A stretch of DNA of 63,304 nt from Gemmatimonadales bacterium (GCA_036522875.1 DATDEZ010000056.1:1-63304); one strand, 5' to 3'. Positions 38,452 to 47,110 are shown, numbered from the stretch's first letter. Notes: generated from the letters alone by a model not told the origin. Translations and numbers: made by a program.

Positions 38452-39524
38452 GCGCGACTGAGCTCAAATCGCGCGTGACCGACGCCCTCGCCGGCTTCAC
38501 GAGCGCCCGTCACGTGCGGGACCTCGACGTCGACGAGGCGGGCGTCGTGACGCTCACGTTCGTCCTGACGCGCGAAGATCCGGGTTCGCTCGTGCGCAAA
38601 GTGCGGAAGGCTATCGAAGGCGTGCCGGGCGTGAGCGGCGTGCGGATGAATGTCGTGGATTCGACTGACGCGCCGGCCGACCGGCCGTCCGGCCGTCCAG
38701 CCGCGCCTCCACCACCGCCGACCGCCGACGAAATGCCCGCGCTGGGCAAGGCGCTGGCGATCTCGAGCGGTAAGGGCGGGGTGGGGAAGTCGACGGTCTC
38801 CGCCAATCTGGCCGCGGCGCTGGCGCGCGAGGGCTATCGCGTGGGTCTGATGGATGCCGACATCTACGGACCCAACATTCCGCGCATGTTCGGACTGGGC
38901 GAGAAACCGGAAGTCCAGGGCGGCAAGATTCGGCCGCTCGAGGCGCACGGCGTGAAGCTGATGTCGCTCGGATTCATCGTGGAGCGAGACGCGCCGGCGA
39001 TCTGGCGCGGTCCGATCATCATGAAGATCATCGGGCAATTCGTGCGCGACGTCGCCTGGGGTGAGCTCGACTACTTCCTCGTGGACTTGCCGCCCGGCAC
39101 CGGCGACGCGCAGCTCTCGCTGACCCAGATCGTCCGGCTCCACGGCGCCGTCATCGTGACGACGCCGCAGGAGATGGCGGTGGGCGACTCGCTGCGCGGC
39201 GCGAAAATGTTCGAGCGCGTCGGCGTCGGCGTCGTCGGGGTCGTCGAAAACATGAGTTACTTCGTTTGCCCGCATTGTCACACGCGTTCCGACGTGTTTC
39301 TCGCCGGCGGTGGCGGCCGTCTGGCCGCCGAGCTGGGCGTTCCGCTGCTGGGGCAGATCCCCCTGCAGTCCGGCATGGCCGAGCTCGCCGACCGCGGCGA
39401 GCCGATCGTCGTGAGCCAGCCGGATTCGCCGGCCGGCGTTGCCCTACGCGATCTCGCCCGCACGGTGGTCTCCAGCGCGGAGCGGCTCAAGCCGGCAGTG
39501 CCGGTGACCGCCGCGCCGCGCTGA
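38448..39524 (+). CDS. apbC: Mrp/ApbC-family Fe-S cluster carrier ATPase
   Basis: ORF 38448..39524. It has an N-terminal DUF59-like segment, then ISSGKGGVGKSTVSANLA, DADIYGPNIP, DYFLVDLPPGTGD and the CPHC motif. Confidence 0.9.
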   Translation: MSATELKSRVTDALAGFTSARHVRDLDVDEAGVVTLTFVLTREDPGSLVRKVRKAIEGVPGVSGVRMNVVDSTDAPADRPSGRPAAPPPPPTADEMPALGKALAISSGKGGVGKSTVSANLAAALAREGYRVGLMDADIYGPNIPRMFGLGEKPEVQGGKIRPLEAHGVKLMSLGFIVERDAPAIWRGPIIMKIIGQFVRDVAWGELDYFLVDLPPGTGDAQLSLTQIVRLHGAVIVTTPQEMAVGDSLRGAKMFERVGVGVVGVVENMSYFVCPHCHTRSDVFLAGGGGRLAAELGVPLLGQIPLQSGMAELADRGEPIVVSQPDSPAGVALRDLARTVVSSAERLKPAVPVTAAPR

Positions 39525-39525
39525 C

Positions 39526-41169
39526 GTGACCGCGCCGTTTCTCGTCGCCATGCTGCTCGCTCAGGGATCGCCGGGGCCGCTGCACGCGGGACTCGATACG
39601 CTGTACGGCGGCGATTTCGCCCGCGCCGCGGCGTACTTCGACGGACTCGCCGCCCAGCATCCGGCGGATCCCGCCCCGCTGGTCTTTCAAGCCGGCGCGT
39701 ATCTCTGGTGGGCATCCGCGCTCGACTCCGCCGACTTCGCGCTGCAACGCATCGATTCGCTGCTCGGTCTCGCGATGACGCGCGCCCGCGCGCTCCCGGC
39801 CGGCACGGGTGATTTCTGGTTGGCGACGGCGCTCGGCTATCGCGCGCGCCAGCGCGAGGAGCACGGCCACGGTTTCAGCGCGGCCAAAGACGCGAAAGCG
39901 ATGCGCGACATCTACCGCCGGCTGCTCGCCGCCGATTCCTCGTGCGCCGACTGCTACCTGGGACTGGGCGTCTACGACTACGGGCTCGCGCGCGCGAGCG
40001 CGCTCGCGCGCTTCTTCGCGCGATTGATCGGTCTGGGCAGCGGCGACGCCGAGCGCGGGATTCGCTACATGCGGCGCGCGGCGCACGACGGCGATTTCGC
40101 GCGCGTGGAAGCCACGTGGGTGCTCGCGGCCGCGCTGATGCGCGAAGCAGCGCGCGATCCGGCCGGGCGCAGCGTCCTCGAACGCGAAGCGCGCGGCTAC
40201 GTCGAAACGTTGGCCGCGCGCTATCCGGGAAACCCGGTGTTCCAGCGATTCTTGCGGGAAGTCCCCGCGAAAACCTCAGCGGGTAAAGCGATACGACCGG
40301 CGGCTGGTGCCTCGCCGGCTGCGATTACCCTGCCGCCGGTCGGGCGGCGTCAGCGCGGCGAGCTTGCCGAGCATGTTGTGCACGTGGCTCTTCACCGTGT
40401 TGGTCGCGATGTTGAGCCGCTGTGCGATTTCCTTGTTTCCGAGTCCCGCGGCGATCAGGTCTTTGATCTCCTGCTCGCGCTTGGTGAGTCGGACGACGCC
40501 ACCGCCGGGCGCCGATGTGCTGGCCGTCCCGGCCCCACCGTCGGTCGCGCTGCGCGCCGTGATGGGTGGCGGCGGCAAATCGGTTCCACTCGCGACGGAA
40601 CGAATCGCTTTGACGATGTCGTCCGCGGTCGCGTCCTTCATGATGAATCCGTTGGCGCCACCTTCGATGAATTGCTGCACATCCTGCTGCGCGGGCACGA
40701 AGTCGATCAGAATCGCCTTCGTCTCGGGTGCGCTGTTCGCGATGCTCGAGAGCAGCGCGTAACTGTCGCCGTTCGCGAGCGCCGAATCGAGCAGCACCAC
40801 CTGCGGCTTGGCGTCCCGCAACAGTTGCGTCGCGCTACTGGCGGTGTCGGCGCTGCCGACGATGTCGACGTCCGCGTATGCGCCGAGCAAGCGGCTCAAG
40901 CTGTCGCGCATGAGACGATTGTCTTCGACGAGCAAGACGCGGATGCGGTTGGCTGGCGCGGGCGCAGCGCTTCCTGCGCGCCGTTCACTGCGACGACGGT
41001 TCAACGACCCGTCACGATCACTCGATCGATTATCCAATCCGCGTCTACGCTGCGGCGACACCCGGCGTTCTACGCGGCGAATGGTCCAAGGCACACTCCA
41101 CCCCCCTTCCTGGACGTAATGTATTTTCGGTCCGGAACCAACGGCATTCATCGGGGGGATGAGGCATGA
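39526..41169 (+). CDS. Secreted helical-repeat (TPR-like) hypothetical protein. Only the first ~250 codons look protein-like; the ORF has no in-frame stop until 41169.
   Basis: ORF 39526..41169, starting at GTG 2 nt after the apbC stop. Residues 1-250 (FLVAMLLAQG..., ...YLGLGVYDYGLARAS..., ...ARYPGNPVFQRFLREV) look like real protein. Beyond about 40280 the frame runs antisense through the whole response-regulator gene with R/D/V/H-rich shadow composition. Confidence 0.4.
   Translation: MTAPFLVAMLLAQGSPGPLHAGLDTLYGGDFARAAAYFDGLAAQHPADPAPLVFQAGAYLWWASALDSADFALQRIDSLLGLAMTRARALPAGTGDFWLATALGYRARQREEHGHGFSAAKDAKAMRDIYRRLLAADSSCADCYLGLGVYDYGLARASALARFFARLIGLGSGDAERGIRYMRRAAHDGDFARVEATWVLAAALMREAARDPAGRSVLEREARGYVETLAARYPGNPVFQRFLREVPAKTSAGKAIRPAAGASPAAITLPPVGRRQRGELAEHVVHVALHRVGRDVEPLCDFLVSESRGDQVFDLLLALGESDDATAGRRCAGRPGPTVGRAARRDGWRRQIGSTRDGTNRFDDVVRGRVLHDESVGATFDELLHILLRGHEVDQNRLRLGCAVRDAREQRVTVAVRERRIEQHHLRLGVPQQLRRATGGVGAADDVDVRVCAEQAAQAVAHETIVFDEQDADAVGWRGRSASCAPFTATTVQRPVTITRSIIQSASTLRRHPAFYAANGPRHTPPPFLDVMYFRSGTNGIHRGDEA
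40276..41151 (-). CDS. NarL/LuxR-family response regulator (REC + HTH_LuxR) with a long N-terminal extension; the start is uncertain
   Basis: ORF 40276..41151. The REC domain reads IRVLLVEDNRLMRDSL...VVLLDSAL...GFIMKDA. The HTH reads LTKREQEIKDLIAAGLGNKEIAQRLNIATNTVKSHVHNMLGKL. ATG 41151 has no Shine-Dalgarno. GTG 41097 (preceded by GAAGGGGGG) and downstream TTG codons are alternative starts. Confidence 0.85.
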   Translation of the reverse strand: MNAVGSGPKIHYVQEGGWSVPWTIRRVERRVSPQRRRGLDNRSSDRDGSLNRRRSERRAGSAAPAPANRIRVLLVEDNRLMRDSLSRLLGAYADVDIVGSADTASSATQLLRDAKPQVVLLDSALANGDSYALLSSIANSAPETKAILIDFVPAQQDVQQFIEGGANGFIMKDATADDIVKAIRSVASGTDLPPPPITARSATDGGAGTASTSAPGGGVVRLTKREQEIKDLIAAGLGNKEIAQRLNIATNTVKSHVHNMLGKLAALTPPDRRQGNRSRRGTSRRSYRFTR

Positions 41170-41172
41170 TTG

Positions 41173-42579
41173 ATGCCGAGTCCCTCTTTTAGCTTAGGCC
41201 GGATGAGCCACACATTACGCCGCGCCGCCCCGCTCTTCGCCCTTGCCGCGACCTACTACCTGGGCGCTAAGCTCGGACTGCGATTTGCCTACATCAACAG
41301 CAGCGTCACGACGATCTGGCCTCCGGCCGGAATCGCCCTGGCCGGCTTCGTGCTGTTCGGGTACCGGGTCTGGCCCGCCATCTTCGCCGCGGCGTTTTTC
41401 GCGAACGTCTCGACAACGGGTGCGATTCTCCCCTCCCTGGGCATCGCCCTCGGCAATACCGCCGAAGGCTTGCTCGCCGCCTATCTCGTCAACCGGTTCG
41501 CCCGCGGCGGCCGCGTGTTCGATCGCGTCCGCGACATTTTGCGATTCACCGCGCTGGCCGCTCTGCTCAGCACGACGGTCGCCGCCTCGCTCGGCGTCAC
41601 GTCGCTCGCGCTCGGCGGCCTCTTGTCGTGGGCGGACGCGCCGCGCGTGTGGCTCACGTGGTGGCTGGGCGACGCGGTCGGCGACATCGTGATCGCGCCC
41701 GCGCTGATCCTGTGGATCGGTGTTCGGCCCGCGCCGTCCTGGACACGCGCGCAACTCCTGGAAGCCGCGGCGTTGACCGTGACGTTGGTGGCCGTGAGCT
41801 ATGCAGCGTTCGGCGGACTATTCCCCGCGCGGCACTACCCGCTGACCGTACTGCTGTGGCCGGCGATGATATGGGTCGCCTTCCGTTTCACGCCGCGCGA
41901 GGCGGCGACGGCGATGCTGCTCGTGTCGCTCATCGCGATCATCAGCACGATTCGCCAAATCGGCCCGTTCGCGCGCTACGGCACGAACGAGTCGCTGGTG
42001 CTGCTCCAGGTGTGGACCGGCATCACCGCGGTCACGAGTCTCGTGCTTGCCGCCGTCGTCGCGGCGCAGCGCGAAGTGCAGGGGACGTGGCGCGAGCTCG
42101 CGGTCACCGACCCGCTGACGGGGCTCGCCAATCACCGGCAGCTCATTCAGTCGCTCGAGTCGGAGATCCGGCGTTCGCGCCGGACCGCGCAGCCCCTCGC
42201 GGTGGTGCTGCTCGACCTCGATGGTTTGAAACAGATCAATGACCGCCACGGCCACCTCGCCGGCAGCCTGGCGATCCGGCGCGTGGCCGAGGCGTTGCTG
42301 GGCTCATGCCGGGCAACCGACACGGCGGCCCGCTTCGGGGGGGACGAGTTCGCGCTGGTTTTGCCGGAGACCGGGGAAGCGGCCGCCTGGCATGTCGCCC
42401 GGGGCGTCGTGGACCGGCTGGCCACGGACGCCGAGAAGCCGAACTTGTCGATCAGTGTTGGGGTAGCAGTCTACCCCGGTCACGGTGAGACCGTCGAAGC
42501 CCTTCTGAACGCAGCAGATGTCGCGTTGTACGAGACCAAGGAACGCCGCAAGAGCAGGGCCTCAGGTCTTGCTCCCTAA
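41173..42579 (+). CDS. MASE1-domain membrane sensor diguanylate cyclase (GGDEF)
   Basis: ORF 41170..42579. ATG 41173 is preceded by GAGG. The MASE1-type N-terminus reads LGLRFAYINSSVTTIWPPAGIALAGFVLFG...GNTAEGLLAAYL...WWLGDAVGDIVIAPAL. The GGDEF domain reads DPLTGLANHRQL...VVLLDLDGLKQINDRHGH..RFGGDEFALVLPE. Confidence 0.85.
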   Translation: MPSPSFSLGRMSHTLRRAAPLFALAATYYLGAKLGLRFAYINSSVTTIWPPAGIALAGFVLFGYRVWPAIFAAAFFANVSTTGAILPSLGIALGNTAEGLLAAYLVNRFARGGRVFDRVRDILRFTALAALLSTTVAASLGVTSLALGGLLSWADAPRVWLTWWLGDAVGDIVIAPALILWIGVRPAPSWTRAQLLEAAALTVTLVAVSYAAFGGLFPARHYPLTVLLWPAMIWVAFRFTPREAATAMLLVSLIAIISTIRQIGPFARYGTNESLVLLQVWTGITAVTSLVLAAVVAAQREVQGTWRELAVTDPLTGLANHRQLIQSLESEIRRSRRTAQPLAVVLLDLDGLKQINDRHGHLAGSLAIRRVAEALLGSCRATDTAARFGGDEFALVLPETGEAAAWHVARGVVDRLATDAEKPNLSISVGVAVYPGHGETVEALLNAADVALYETKERRKSRASGLAP

Positions 42580-43542
42580 ATGACCCCTACTAGGTTTGGA
42601 GCCATGGTCGACAACAAGAAAGGCACGGGGATTACGACGCGTCCACCGGAAGGACCTGGCGGCGGCTTGTCCGAATCGTCGGCCGGCTTGCTGCGCGAGC
42701 TGGTCGCGCACTTGCGGCAGAACCGGACGCAGCTGCGCGAGGAATGGGCGCGCCGCATCACGCGCGCGGAGCTGCTCACGGCGATGACGGAAGAAGAAAT
42801 TTTCGCCGAAGCCACGGCCGTGTACGACAACTACGTGGAAGCGCTCGAGACCGGCACGTTCGAAGCCCTGCAAGCCTACTCGCGCAGGCTGTCGGAGCGA
42901 ATCATTCCGCGAGGCGTCGAAACGGACGAAGTCGTCGGGATCGTGCTCTTGCTGCGCGACGTGCTCGCCCGCTCGCTGTTCAACAAATACCAGGATAACG
43001 TCGAAAAGCTGAACCGGATTCTCGACTCCTACGAGCCCGCCGCGAACCGCATCGCGAACACGGTGGCCGTCGGATTCGTGGAAGAGCGCGAGCGCATCAT
43101 CCGGCAGCAACAGGAAGCGATCCGGGAGCTGTCGACGCCGGTGTTGCAGGTGCGCGAGCGGCTGTTGATTCTGCCGATCATCGGCGTCATCGATCCGCAA
43201 CGCGCCCGCCAGCTCACCGAACAGCTGCTGCGCGCCATTCGTGCCAACCGCGCCAAGGTCGTCGTGATCGACGTGACCGGTGTGGCGGCGATGGACTCGG
43301 GCGTCGCCAACCACTTGGTGCAGACGGTCGAAGCGTCCCGCCTGCTCGGCGCCACCGTGATCGTGACGGGTCTGTCGCCGGAAATCGCGCAGACGCTCGT
43401 GACGATCGGCGTCGACCTGTCGGAAATGGCCACGGTCGGCGACCTGCAGGGGGGCATCGAAGAAGCGGAACGGCTGTTGGCCGACCGCGCGCCGCCGACC
43501 CAGGCGATCCGCGGCGAGCTCCCGCCCGACAACTCGCGTTAG
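42580..43542 (+). CDS. rsbR: Stressosome scaffold/sensor RsbR-like protein (RsbRD-type N-terminal domain + STAS)
   Basis: ORF 42580..43542. Its ATG directly follows the DGC TAA, so the gap is 0 nt. The N-terminal helical sensor reads LRELVAHLRQNRTQLREEWARRI... The STAS domain reads ELSTPVLQVRERLLILPIIGVIDPQRARQLTEQLL...VVVIDVTGVAAMDSGVANHL...VTGLSPEIAQTLVTIG. Ser/Thr residues sit at positions equivalent to the RsbR phospho-sites. Confidence 0.8.
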   Translation: MTPTRFGAMVDNKKGTGITTRPPEGPGGGLSESSAGLLRELVAHLRQNRTQLREEWARRITRAELLTAMTEEEIFAEATAVYDNYVEALETGTFEALQAYSRRLSERIIPRGVETDEVVGIVLLLRDVLARSLFNKYQDNVEKLNRILDSYEPAANRIANTVAVGFVEERERIIRQQQEAIRELSTPVLQVRERLLILPIIGVIDPQRARQLTEQLLRAIRANRAKVVVIDVTGVAAMDSGVANHLVQTVEASRLLGATVIVTGLSPEIAQTLVTIGVDLSEMATVGDLQGGIEEAERLLADRAPPTQAIRGELPPDNSR

Positions 43543-43554
43543 TAGGAGGTCGCC

Positions 43555-43962
43555 GTGGAAGTCCCAATTCTGCGGCAGGGGCAATATCTCATTGCCTCGA
43601 TTCAGTCCGCCCTCACCGACGCCGACCTCTCCCATCTTCGCGAAGCGCTGATCGCCCAGGTCGGGCGGTCGCGCTGCCGCGGCGTCATCGTGGATGTCAC
43701 CGCCCTCGACGTCATGGATTCCTTCGCGGTGCGCACGCTGCGCGACATCGCGCACATGGCGCGCCTGCGTGGTGCCGAGACCGTCATCGTCGGCATTCAG
43801 CCCGACGTCGCGTTCGCCATGGTGCAGCTCGGCCTGACGCTGAAAGGCGTGGCGACGGTCCTCGACCTCGAGGAAGGCCTCGCGTTCCTCGACGGCCGCA
43901 CCAAAGACCGCGGGCTCGAGCCCAAACCCAAGCGACCGCCGAGCGGCCCCTTCCGTGGGTGA
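43555..43962 (+). CDS. rsbS: Stressosome STAS protein RsbS
   Basis: ORF 43555..43962, with GTG preceded by GGAGG. It reads PILRQGQYLIASIQSALTDADL...GVIVDVTALDVMDSFAVRTL...VIVGIQPDVAFAMVQLG. The D-S phospho-acceptor motif is conserved. Confidence 0.8.
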   Translation: MEVPILRQGQYLIASIQSALTDADLSHLREALIAQVGRSRCRGVIVDVTALDVMDSFAVRTLRDIAHMARLRGAETVIVGIQPDVAFAMVQLGLTLKGVATVLDLEEGLAFLDGRTKDRGLEPKPKRPPSGPFRG

Positions 43963-44362
43963 AGAGCTTCGTCTTCCAATTGCCGCGGACGTTGATGTCG
44001 TTGAAGCCCGTCAACAAGGCCGCGCGCTAGCCGCTGTCGCCGGATTCTCGAGCGGCGAGCAGACGGTCATTGCCGCCGCCATTTCCGAAATCGCGCGCAA
44101 CATCCTGATGTACGCCAAGAAGGGCGAGGTCATTCTCAGCCTCGTGCAAAACGGCGACCGCCAGGGCGTCTCGGTCGTCGCGATCGACCAGGGACCCGGC
44201 ATCCCGGACGTCGACCGCGCGATGCAGTACGGCTACTCGACGTCGCACGGCGTCGGCGCCGGCCTCCCGGGCGCGAAGCGCCTGATGGACGAGTTCGAGG
44301 TGGATTCGGTGGTCGGCCGCGGGACGACGATCAAGATGAAGAAGTGGCGGCGGGCCATTTGA
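43955..44362 (+). CDS. rsbT: RsbT-like serine kinase (HATPase_c, anti-sigma-kinase family)
   Basis: ORF 43955..44362 reads EARQQGRALA...ISEIARNILMYAKKGEV...DQGPGIPD...STSHGVGAGLPGAKRLMDEFEV.S..G.GTTI. It overlaps rsbS by 8 nt. Confidence 0.8.
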   Translation: MGEELRLPIAADVDVVEARQQGRALAAVAGFSSGEQTVIAAAISEIARNILMYAKKGEVILSLVQNGDRQGVSVVAIDQGPGIPDVDRAMQYGYSTSHGVGAGLPGAKRLMDEFEVDSVVGRGTTIKMKKWRRAI

Positions 44363-44958
44363 GAATCGACACCGGAGTCGCCGTTCTGCCGCTGCCGGGT
44401 CAGAAGGAATCCGGGGATTGGTCGCTCGTCAAGAAAATCGGCGTCAAGATCTTCGTCGCGGTCGTGGACGGTCTCGGCCACGGCGAGGAAGCGGCGTCCG
44501 CCGCGCACGCCGCCGTCGCCGCGCTCGAGCGGCATGCCGATGAGCCCCTCCCCGAGCTGCTGAAGCGCTGCAACGCAGTGCTGGCAGGAACGCGCGGAGC
44601 CGTGATGACGATCGCGCAGCTCGATCCCAAGACGAAGACCATGTCCTGGATCGCGATCGGCAACATCGAAGGACTGTTGATTCACAAGGATCCGTCCCTG
44701 AAACCGACGCGCGTCAGTCTCGTGCCGCAGCCGGGATTCGTGGGGTCGGACAACAACGCCGCCGCCCACGTGCAGGCGCGCGTGACGCCGATCGCGCGCG
44801 GCGACCTGCTCATCCTCGTGACCGACGGCGTGAAGAGCACATTTGCCGACTCGCTGCCGTGGCTCGAGCCGCAGGCGCTCGCCGACCACATCCTCGCCAA
44901 ACACGCCAAAGGCACCGACGACGCTCTGGTGCTGGTCGCGCACTACGTCGGCGGATAA
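44344..44958 (+). CDS. rsbX: RsbX-like PP2C/SpoIIE-family phosphatase
   Basis: ORF 44344..44958. The alternative start TTG 44359 forms a TTGA overlap with the rsbT stop. Motifs: GQKESGDW, VAVVDGLGHGEEAA, GAVMTIAQLD, LILVTDGV. Confidence 0.75.
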   Translation: MAAGHLRIDTGVAVLPLPGQKESGDWSLVKKIGVKIFVAVVDGLGHGEEAASAAHAAVAALERHADEPLPELLKRCNAVLAGTRGAVMTIAQLDPKTKTMSWIAIGNIEGLLIHKDPSLKPTRVSLVPQPGFVGSDNNAAAHVQARVTPIARGDLLILVTDGVKSTFADSLPWLEPQALADHILAKHAKGTDDALVLVAHYVGG

Positions 44959-46297
44959 CCAGCCTCCTTCCGCGGAAATCGGCGCGCTCACCGTCGGGCC
45001 GCTCCGACCCGTAGTGCTTCGTCTCGCCGTGCCCGCCGTCGCGATGATGGCGTGCCATCTCTCGTTCAACATCATCGACAGCATCTGGGTCGGGCACCTG
45101 ATCGGGCCGGCAGCGCTGGCCGCGGTGTCCACCGCCGGGTTCTACGTCTGGGTCGCGCTGTCGCTCGGGGAGATGGTCGAAATCGGTTTGACGGCCGTCG
45201 CGGCGCGGCGGCACGGGGAAGGGCAACCCGAGCGCGCGGCTCGTGCCGCCGCTGCGGCGGTGGTCTATGCGCTGTGCGCCGGGCTGGTGGTCAGCATCGC
45301 CGGGTATCTCGTTGCGCCCACGATGTTCCGCCTCATGAACGTACCGCCGGACGTGGCCGTGCTGGGCCGAGCGTATCTGTCGACATGGGTCGTGGGCGGC
45401 GCGCTGGTGTTCGGGTTCTTCGCGGTCGAAGCCACGTTCCGCGCCGCGGGCGACACGCGCACGCCGTTCCTCATGCTGGCCGGATCGGTCGCCGTGTCGA
45501 TCGTCCTCGATCCGCTCCTCATTGCGGGCGTTGGTCCATTCCCGCGGCTCGGCGTCGAGGGTGCCGCGCTGGCCTCCGTGATGGTGCGGGGCGGCGGGTT
45601 CTTGCTGGGTCTGGTGATCGCGCTGCGGCGTGGACTGCTGCGCGTCACCGCGCCGGATTGGCGTGCCTTGCCGACGATCGCGCGCGTCGGCGCCCCGCTC
45701 TCGCTCGCCGGCGTGCTGCTCTCCCTCATTTATATGTGGCTGACGCGCTTCACGGCGCGATTCGGGACGCCGGCACTCGCCGCGCTCGGCGTCGGGCATA
45801 AAATGGAGGGCCTTGGCTTCATGGCGATCAGCGGCTTCTCGCTCGCCGCGAGCGCGCTGGTGGGTCAGAACCTCGGCGCGCGGCAGGAGGGACGGGCACG
45901 GGAGGCGGTGCGGCTGACGGTGCGTTACTGCCTCATCGTCACGGCGACGACCGCGCTCGCCTTCCTGCTCATTCCCGGCAAGCTCGTCGCCCTGTTCACC
46001 GATGATCCGCGGGTCATCAGTGATGGCGTCTTGTATCTGCGCGTGATTTCGTTCGCGCAGATCGGCCAGAGTTTCGAGCTGATCCTCGAGGGCGCGCTCG
46101 CGGGAGCGGGCTACACGTTCTGGCCGCAAGTCACGAGCACGACGCTCACGGCCATGCGCATCCCCCTGGCCGCATGGTGGTCGCGGGCGCTCGGCCTGCT
46201 GGGCATCTGGCTGGCGCTCAGCGTGACCGCGATCTCACGCGGAATTGCGATGATCCTGTTCTGGAAGAGCGGTCGCTGGCGTACGAGCGTGGTCTAG
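44843..46297 (+). CDS. MATE-family efflux transporter; the start is ambiguous
   Basis: ORF 44843..46297 reads LRLAVPAVAMMACHLSFNIIDSIWVGHLIGPAALAAVSTAGF..., 12-TM MATE topology. The first listed start, 44843, overlaps rsbX by 116 nt. GTG 45014 is the first start after the rsbX stop. Confidence 0.8.
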   Translation: MPTRCRGSSRRRSPTTSSPNTPKAPTTLWCWSRTTSADNQPPSAEIGALTVGPLRPVVLRLAVPAVAMMACHLSFNIIDSIWVGHLIGPAALAAVSTAGFYVWVALSLGEMVEIGLTAVAARRHGEGQPERAARAAAAAVVYALCAGLVVSIAGYLVAPTMFRLMNVPPDVAVLGRAYLSTWVVGGALVFGFFAVEATFRAAGDTRTPFLMLAGSVAVSIVLDPLLIAGVGPFPRLGVEGAALASVMVRGGGFLLGLVIALRRGLLRVTAPDWRALPTIARVGAPLSLAGVLLSLIYMWLTRFTARFGTPALAALGVGHKMEGLGFMAISGFSLAASALVGQNLGARQEGRAREAVRLTVRYCLIVTATTALAFLLIPGKLVALFTDDPRVISDGVLYLRVISFAQIGQSFELILEGALAGAGYTFWPQVTSTTLTAMRIPLAAWWSRALGLLGIWLALSVTAISRGIAMILFWKSGRWRTSVV

Positions 46298-46306
46298 AGC
46301 GACGGC

Positions 46307-47053
46307 ATGCCGATCATCACGCTCCTGACCGATTTCGGAACGGCGGACAGTTACGTCGCGGAGGTAAAGGCGGTGCTCTTGTCATGCGCGCCCGACGCGA
46401 CGCTGGTCGACATCACGCATCACGTGCCGCCCGGAGATGTTCGCGCCGCGCAATATCTCTTGAACCGGACCTGGCGGCGATTTCCCGAGGGAACGACGCA
46501 TCTGGCGGTCGTGGACCCCGGCGTCGGCTCGGCGCGCCGCGCGATCGCGGCGCATCACGCGGCGCATCGGTTCGTCGCGCCCGACAACGGATTGCTGTCG
46601 TTCTTGCCGCGCGACGCGCGCTTCATCGCACTCGCGGAGCCGAGGACCGCAGCGCCGACATTCCATGGCCGCGATCTGTTCGCCCCGGCGGCCGCCGCGC
46701 TGGCGAATGCCGCTTCGCTCGAGGCGATCGGCAAGCTCATCAGCGATCCCCACTACGCTCCACTCCCCACTCCCCGCATCGAGGGCAGCGCGGTTATCGG
46801 TGAAATCCTTTACGTCGACCATTTCGGCAATCTCATCTCGAACGTTCCGGCTGCGGCTCTCGAGCCAGCCGCGCGGGCGGTGCTCGCGGGCCGCGACGTC
46901 GGTCTGCTGCGACGCACGTTTGCGGACGTTCCGCCGGGCCAGACGGTGGCATACGTCGGCTCAGGCGGTACGGTGGAGGTTGCGGTGCGGGACGGGAGTG
47001 CGGCGGAGAGGCTGGGTCTTGATGTGGGAGCTGAACTGCGTGTAACGGCGTGA
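46307..47053 (+). CDS. SAM hydroxide adenosyltransferase / SAM hydrolase family protein (DUF62)
   Basis: ORF 46307..47053. Motifs: ITLLTDFGTADSYVAEVKAV, VVDPGVGS.RR, APDNGLLS, HGRDLFAPAAA, YVDHFGNLISN. Confidence 0.85.
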   Translation: MPIITLLTDFGTADSYVAEVKAVLLSCAPDATLVDITHHVPPGDVRAAQYLLNRTWRRFPEGTTHLAVVDPGVGSARRAIAAHHAAHRFVAPDNGLLSFLPRDARFIALAEPRTAAPTFHGRDLFAPAAAALANAASLEAIGKLISDPHYAPLPTPRIEGSAVIGEILYVDHFGNLISNVPAAALEPAARAVLAGRDVGLLRRTFADVPPGQTVAYVGSGGTVEVAVRDGSAAERLGLDVGAELRVTA

Positions 47054-47086
47054 AAAAGCGTGGAAGGGCGTTACGCCCTCCCACGC
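47053..47086 (-). terminator. Intrinsic terminator for the ECF sigma/anti-sigma operon, lying between convergent genes
   Basis: A 13-bp stem pairs GCGTGGAAGGGCG (47058-47070) with CGCCCTCCCACGC (47074-47086), with one mismatch. On the minus strand it is followed by TTTTT (47057-47053). It lies 24 nt downstream of the anti-sigma stop. Confidence 0.55.
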
Positions 47087-47110
47087 AGTTCAACGCATTC
47101 TAACGCCGTC

